The translations under genes and the position numbers were made by a program. The notes beneath the pieces are model-generated. The model made no database searches, was not told where the DNA came from, and worked only from the letters and a program-made list of their open reading frames with translations. Shown one piece after another: positions 59,564-64,000 of a stretch of 64,000 bases of DNA (its first letter is position 1; each line of letters opens with the position of its first letter). The stretch is from contig CAWEEQ010000001.1 in assembly GCA_963808235.1 (NCBI GenBank), positions 96,001-160,000 of the forward strand, in the 5' to 3' direction. This DNA is from an uncultured delta proteobacterium (GTDB lineage: Bacteria > Desulfobacterota > Binatia > Binatales > Binataceae).

Positions 59564-62500
59564 CTAAGGCGTATACCGGTAGAGGCGCTGGCAGTTGGCC
59601 TCGACCCTGCTGGTCTGCCAGTCGACCACACCGCCACAGTTATCCCCGTTCACGAAAAGCGAGCTGGTCCCCGCTAGCGGTACACCCGGGATGTCGTCGT
59701 TGCCGACGTTTGACGGGGAGAGCAGGACGAGCTCTCCGTCGCGATAGGCGAAAGACTTCGCCGTGAGGATCGCATGTACCGGCGAGAGAGCGCCCCGCAT
59801 GAGGAGCCAGCCGGACGCGGCGTCGTATCTCCACCCTTGCGCCGGCCCGGCCGTTCCGAACTCGGTTTGGCTGCTGGCGAGCGCCGGGAACGGTACCTCG
59901 AAGCCCGGGAACGCCGTGTGGCTAGGTGTCGTGGACATGTACGTACACAGATCCGTGCCCGGATTGTACGCCCAGAAGTACTGGACCCCGTCGGCGACCA
60001 ACCGGAAGTCGCCGTAGAGGGAGCACGCCCTCAAGTACTGGGTGGAGGTGCTGCTGATGGGGAAATACTGCACGGTGGGTGAGCTGCCGATCGGATACCC
60101 CTCCCGGATGTACTGGACGCCCCCGCCGCCCGGCCCCTCGTAGACGATCCCGTCGACCACCGTGGCGTTGAACGGCACAAGGTAGTAGGCGCCCTGGTAC
60201 TGGACGATCCGATCGCCCTCGCCCTGGATGTTGGCCAGCGCGTCGCCCGGGCCGATCGGCACCGGCGAGCTCGCGTCAATCTCGTACGCGCCTCCCCCGG
60301 CCGCTGTGAAAAAGAGGTTCCCGTTGATGACGGACGAGTCGCCGCCGCGGCGCTCGGTCGGGTTCCAGACCGGAGCGTCGTCGCCGCCGGGGACGATGTC
60401 CGTGCGGTTGGAGCTGGCTAGGACCGGCGGGTCGCCAGGCGCCCACTTGTAGATCTTACTGTTGCCGTTGACGGTGCCCTTAAAGAAGAGCACCCCTCCG
60501 ACGTTGGTCAGCAGCGAGATCTCATCACTACCGCCGGGCACGAGATTGCTGATGGCGTTCGCGGCGACCAGCGGGCCGTCGCCCACGGTGTGCTCGAAGA
60601 GCTTGTATTGCGGGTTGCCGGCGGAGCCGATGTCGCCGATGAAGTACAGCGTGTTCCCGATCGCGAACATTGGGATGTTGGGCATCTGGAAGTCGGCGTT
60701 GATCTTGACGGTGGCCAGCCCCTCGCCCGGGGCGTGCGAGAAGAGCCCGTACTGCGGGTTCGGGTTTCCAGGCACGGTGTCGGTGCGCGCGCGGAAGTAC
60801 ATCCGGTCGCCGACCTGCGTCAGGGCACTCGGGTACTTCGTGCCCGAGGCAACGTCATCGCCGTCGCTGTCGATGTCGACGGTGTCGAAAACCTGCTGCG
60901 CCGTGGTCGAGCCGGCCGGCAGGACGTAGAGCTCGTGGTTCCCGTACCCGCTCCGTCCGTTGCCTCGCTCGAAGCCGTAATTGGGGAACTTGTCGCTGTG
61001 CAAGTACCCGACGAAGCCCTCGTAGGACAGGAAGTAGACCGCATCGCCCAGCGTCGCGGAGGTGACGACATAGGACATTGGGGCGGTGTTGACGGTGAAC
61101 GCCGGGCTCGCGCTGACGCTCGACGAGACGGGCCACGCTGTCTGGTAGAACTTCAGGCCCTTCGAGGAGTCGCGCCCGTTAAAGTAGAACTGGTCGCCGA
61201 TCAGCCCGACCGGTGTTGAGGGCTCGCTGCACGGACTGCTGCACGTGGCGACGAGGGGCGTCGTCACCGTCGCCAGTCCGCCGGGCGTGTAGGCGTAGAT
61301 CTCGCGCTCTTGTGTGTTGTCGTTGTCGACCGCGGAGAACACCACCGTGCCGTTGATGACGCCGAGGTCGGCGATGTTGCTGATTCCCGCCGAGAGCATG
61401 GTGGGCGCGGCGTCGCCGATGGTCCAGCTCGCGAGCCCCCCGCCGTTGTCGAAGTAGTTCACGTTGTTCAGGAGGATACCGGTGGCGACCTCGATGCCGA
61501 CGGGCGGGGTGCCCGGCGTCGTCGGCGCGGTCACCGGCGGACCTCCCGGCGTATACTGGTAGATCCCGTCCGCGGTGGCGAAGACCAGCTGGCCCGCGTT
61601 GACGCCAAGGAGGTAGAGCCCGTCGGGAGTGACGACGGGCGTCGGAAGGTTCGTGATCGCGCGCGTCTTCCGCATCTGCGGGTTGTACTCGTAGACGTCG
61701 TAGCGCGATCCGTTGTTCGCCACGAAGTAAACGAGCGTGCCGACGCCGATCGGCGCGAAGTAGCCGGGGGCAGGCGTATCATTGCCGAGATTAAAAGGAA
61801 TCGATCCCGTCTGGCCGTTCCCAAACGCAAGGTCGGGCTCGGTCGCGATCTGGTCGGGGATCGGGTTGCACATGTCCTTATTCACGTTCGCGATCGGGCC
61901 AGTCACCATCGGATCTCCGGGCGCGTACTTGTAGATCTTGATGCAGCCCTTGTTCGAAAACGCGTTGAAGTAGATGACGCCGTTGACCACGCGGACGCCC
62001 CCGGCCCACTGGTGGTCCGGGCCGGTCGGGTTCGTGTTCGATCGCTGCTGGACGCCGCCGACCGGGTCGTAGGAGTAGAGCTTGCCGCCCATGCCGTTGC
62101 TCGCGAAAAAGTAGATCTGCCCGTTGAGCGAGATCCCGCCATCGAGCGCGCCGTCGTCGATCACGTTGTTGTTGGTCGGGATCGCGACGAGCTGTTTCCG
62201 CTTGGGCGTGACGAGCGTGGAGATACCGGGCTCGACCGAGAGTGAGTTGGTGCTCACCTGGATGCCGGAGATCGTTGTGCTCGCCGCCCTGACCGCGACC
62301 GTCACCGACTGCGTGGGGCCGGTGACCAGCGCGAGCTCGAAGAGGAAGCCGCCGTCGCGTGACAAGAGCAGCGTCGCCTTCTTGGCCGCGCGGTCGGTGG
62401 TCGTGATGTCGATCGGCTTTGTGCAAGCGACCGGGCTGGTCCCGTTCAACAGCGTGACCTGAAGCTGCGCCGGGACGCCGGATTCAACGATCATGGGATA

Positions 62501-62626
62501 CGTCGCCTCGACCGACGTGACGGTGCACGGCGGGGGCGGGGGGCCCTTGGATTGCACTTCCGTGCCCCCCAGAGCCAGAAACGCCACAAGGCCCAGGAGA
62601 GAGCTTGTCCGAACGAGCCTTCGCAT
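59564..62626 (-). CDS. Large secreted repeat protein (beta-propeller, ELWxxDGT-like)
   Basis: Signal-peptide-like MRRLVRTSSLLGLVAFLALGG; recurring xNGxxYF/LTxVGxxxYF/ELY units. Confidence 0.7.
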   Translation of the reverse strand: MRRLVRTSSLLGLVAFLALGGTEVQSKGPPPPPCTVTSVEATYPMIVESGVPAQLQVTLLNGTSPVACTKPIDITTTDRAAKKATLLLSRDGGFLFELALVTGPTQSVTVAVRAASTTISGIQVSTNSLSVEPGISTLVTPKRKQLVAIPTNNNVIDDGALDGGISLNGQIYFFASNGMGGKLYSYDPVGGVQQRSNTNPTGPDHQWAGGVRVVNGVIYFNAFSNKGCIKIYKYAPGDPMVTGPIANVNKDMCNPIPDQIATEPDLAFGNGQTGSIPFNLGNDTPAPGYFAPIGVGTLVYFVANNGSRYDVYEYNPQMRKTRAITNLPTPVVTPDGLYLLGVNAGQLVFATADGIYQYTPGGPPVTAPTTPGTPPVGIEVATGILLNNVNYFDNGGGLASWTIGDAAPTMLSAGISNIADLGVINGTVVFSAVDNDNTQEREIYAYTPGGLATVTTPLVATCSSPCSEPSTPVGLIGDQFYFNGRDSSKGLKFYQTAWPVSSSVSASPAFTVNTAPMSYVVTSATLGDAVYFLSYEGFVGYLHSDKFPNYGFERGNGRSGYGNHELYVLPAGSTTAQQVFDTVDIDSDGDDVASGTKYPSALTQVGDRMYFRARTDTVPGNPNPQYGLFSHAPGEGLATVKINADFQMPNIPMFAIGNTLYFIGDIGSAGNPQYKLFEHTVGDGPLVAANAISNLVPGGSDEISLLTNVGGVLFFKGTVNGNSKIYKWAPGDPPVLASSNRTDIVPGGDDAPVWNPTERRGGDSSVINGNLFFTAAGGGAYEIDASSPVPIGPGDALANIQGEGDRIVQYQGAYYLVPFNATVVDGIVYEGPGGGGVQYIREGYPIGSSPTVQYFPISSTSTQYLRACSLYGDFRLVADGVQYFWAYNPGTDLCTYMSTTPSHTAFPGFEVPFPALASSQTEFGTAGPAQGWRYDAASGWLLMRGALSPVHAILTAKSFAYRDGELVLLSPSNVGNDDIPGVPLAGTSSLFVNGDNCGGVVDWQTSRVEANCQRLYRYTP

Positions 62627-63111
62627 GCTCCCACCCCTAAGAACGGGTTGTCCGCAGTTCTCTTGAGAAGCTTTGCTGGTTCTCATGATCGCTGTCCTCT
62701 TTTGTAGGGATGTCTGGGCCGAACCGAACTCACACTCAAGCAGCTGATTTAGTGAATCGTCCAGATAAAGGCAAATCGAGACAGGTCAAACTCCCTTTCA
62801 ATTTTCGAATAGAAATCAGACGACTCTATTCGTTGCTCAACCCCGACTTCGATCCCGAGCCGGTCGCTGTCCGCATCTTCCGGATTCACTACGTCTCGAA
62901 GTGCAAGGCCCCGCGCTGTCTGGAGCGGGCGACGATCGCTGCCGAGAAGGTTGACCGCGCCGGCCGCCACGTGCGGCAGATCGAGCTACGCGATTGGCAC
63001 TGTGAGGTCGTGATCAATCGGGAGCGCGCACGCGAGATGAAGATCGCAGATCAATTTCAAGTCGCTCGACTTAAAGCGGGCGACTTCCTTGAATCGAAGA
63101 AACCAAATTGG

Positions 63112-64000
63112 GGCAATAATATACTTGACTGACCACGCTCTGTTTGCTATGTTTGGAGCATGAAGTATCCAAGCACACTCCAGCAAGCGATTCGTTACTT
63201 CACTGATTTCGAGAACTGCCAGCAATTCATGATCGAGATGCGCTGGCCGGATGGCAAGGTCCGCTGCCCGACTTGTAAATCAGAGAAGGTAACCTATCTC
63301 GAAAAAGCGCGCCTCTGGAAATGCTACGCGAAACATCCGCGCGCAAAGTTCTCGCTCAAGGTCGGAACGATCTTCGAGGACTCGCCAATTGGCCTCGATA
63401 AGTGGCTACCCGCGATGTGGCTGATCGCCAACTGCAAGAACGGGATTAGCAGCTACGAAATGGCGCGCGGCCTTGGCGTGACGCAGAAAACCGCGTGGTT
63501 TATGGATCATCGCATCCGGCTCGCGATGCAGAATCGTTCGCTCGATATGTTCGATGGCTCGGAAGTGGAAGCAGACGAAACTTTTATCGGCGGCCTCGCT
63601 CGAAACATGCACAAGGACAAGAAGGCCAAGATCACGGGCACGGGCGGGGCCGGAAAAGCAATCGTGATGGGTCTGCTGGATCGCCACACCGCTAAAGTTC
63701 GCCTGCTCCATGTACCGAACACGCAGGGCGATACGCTCAAGACTCACGTGCGCCGATACGTGCGAGGCGGATCATATGTCTTCACCGATGCGTGGGCCGG
63801 TTATCACGGCCTCGATCAGGATTATGTTCACAACGTTATCGACCATGCCGAAACCTACGTTCGCGGCAACGTGCATACGAACAAAATCGAAAACTTCTGG
63901 AGTCTGCTAAAGCGCGGCCTGAAGGGAACCTATGTCAGCGTCGAGCCGTTTCACTTGTTCCGGTATCTTGATGAGCAGGCGTATCGCTTCAATGAGCGCA
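63112..64000 (+). mobile_element. IS1595-family element, left end plus transposase (3' partial)
   Basis: Terminal-like GGCAATAATATACTTGAC at 63112; internal TTGACT-17-TATGTT. Confidence 0.85.
63160..64000 (+). CDS. IS1595-family transposase (3' partial; absent from the ORF track)
   Basis: RWPDGKVRCPTC zinc ribbon, KNGISS..LGVTQKTAWFM, EADETFIG, HTNKIENFWSLLKR, RYLDEQAYRFNER. Confidence 0.92.
   Translation, partial: MKYPSTLQQAIRYFTDFENCQQFMIEMRWPDGKVRCPTCKSEKVTYLEKARLWKCYAKHPRAKFSLKVGTIFEDSPIGLDKWLPAMWLIANCKNGISSYEMARGLGVTQKTAWFMDHRIRLAMQNRSLDMFDGSEVEADETFIGGLARNMHKDKKAKITGTGGAGKAIVMGLLDRHTAKVRLLHVPNTQGDTLKTHVRRYVRGGSYVFTDAWAGYHGLDQDYVHNVIDHAETYVRGNVHTNKIENFWSLLKRGLKGTYVSVEPFHLFRYLDEQAYRFNER

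Noticed and set aside
62710-63132. 140-aa ORF before IS1595
   Set aside because: No recognisable family, and its 3' end runs into the IS left end; possibly a disrupted hypothetical gene.
1-64000. CRISPR arrays, rRNA, cas or anti-phage defence genes
   Set aside because: No regularly spaced repeats, rRNA-like sequence or such protein motifs were seen.

Overview
Bacterial window of fairly high GC. The gene mix (LLM oxidoreductases, amidohydrolase, BVMO, acyl-CoA dehydrogenases) resembles Candidatus Binatota-type genomes, but that taxon call is inference only. 1-23.7 kb holds mostly ordinary catabolic, redox and regulatory genes. About 24.5-58.7 kb is a self-contained biosynthetic island, bounded by a truncated integrase-core element and a tRNA-Ser-like 3' remnant. 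It encodes two FAALs, an ACP, a one-module PKS (KS-AT-KR-T), a stand-alone C domain and a C*-A-T-E* NRPS, free-standing MaoC and MDR enzymes, accC, a TE, a MacB-type exporter and a PPTase. Main find: a ClbD/E/F- or ZmaG/H/I-like extender-unit cassette (3-hydroxyacyl dehydrogenase, ACP, two ACADs) has neither FkbH nor a stand-alone Ser adenylation domain. It carries a SerRS-like class II amino acid:carrier-protein ligase instead, suggesting an aaRS-primed route to aminomalonyl-ACP. A two-tier regulatory circuit is readable in the DNA. One palindrome overlaps the -35 box of three sigma70 promoters (TetR, a sensor-less sigma54 activator, the exporter), and -24/-12 sigma54 promoters precede the biosynthetic operons. 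Several genes, including the PKS, carry single-base indels that may be sequencing errors. The window ends with a large secreted repeat protein and an IS1595 transposase.
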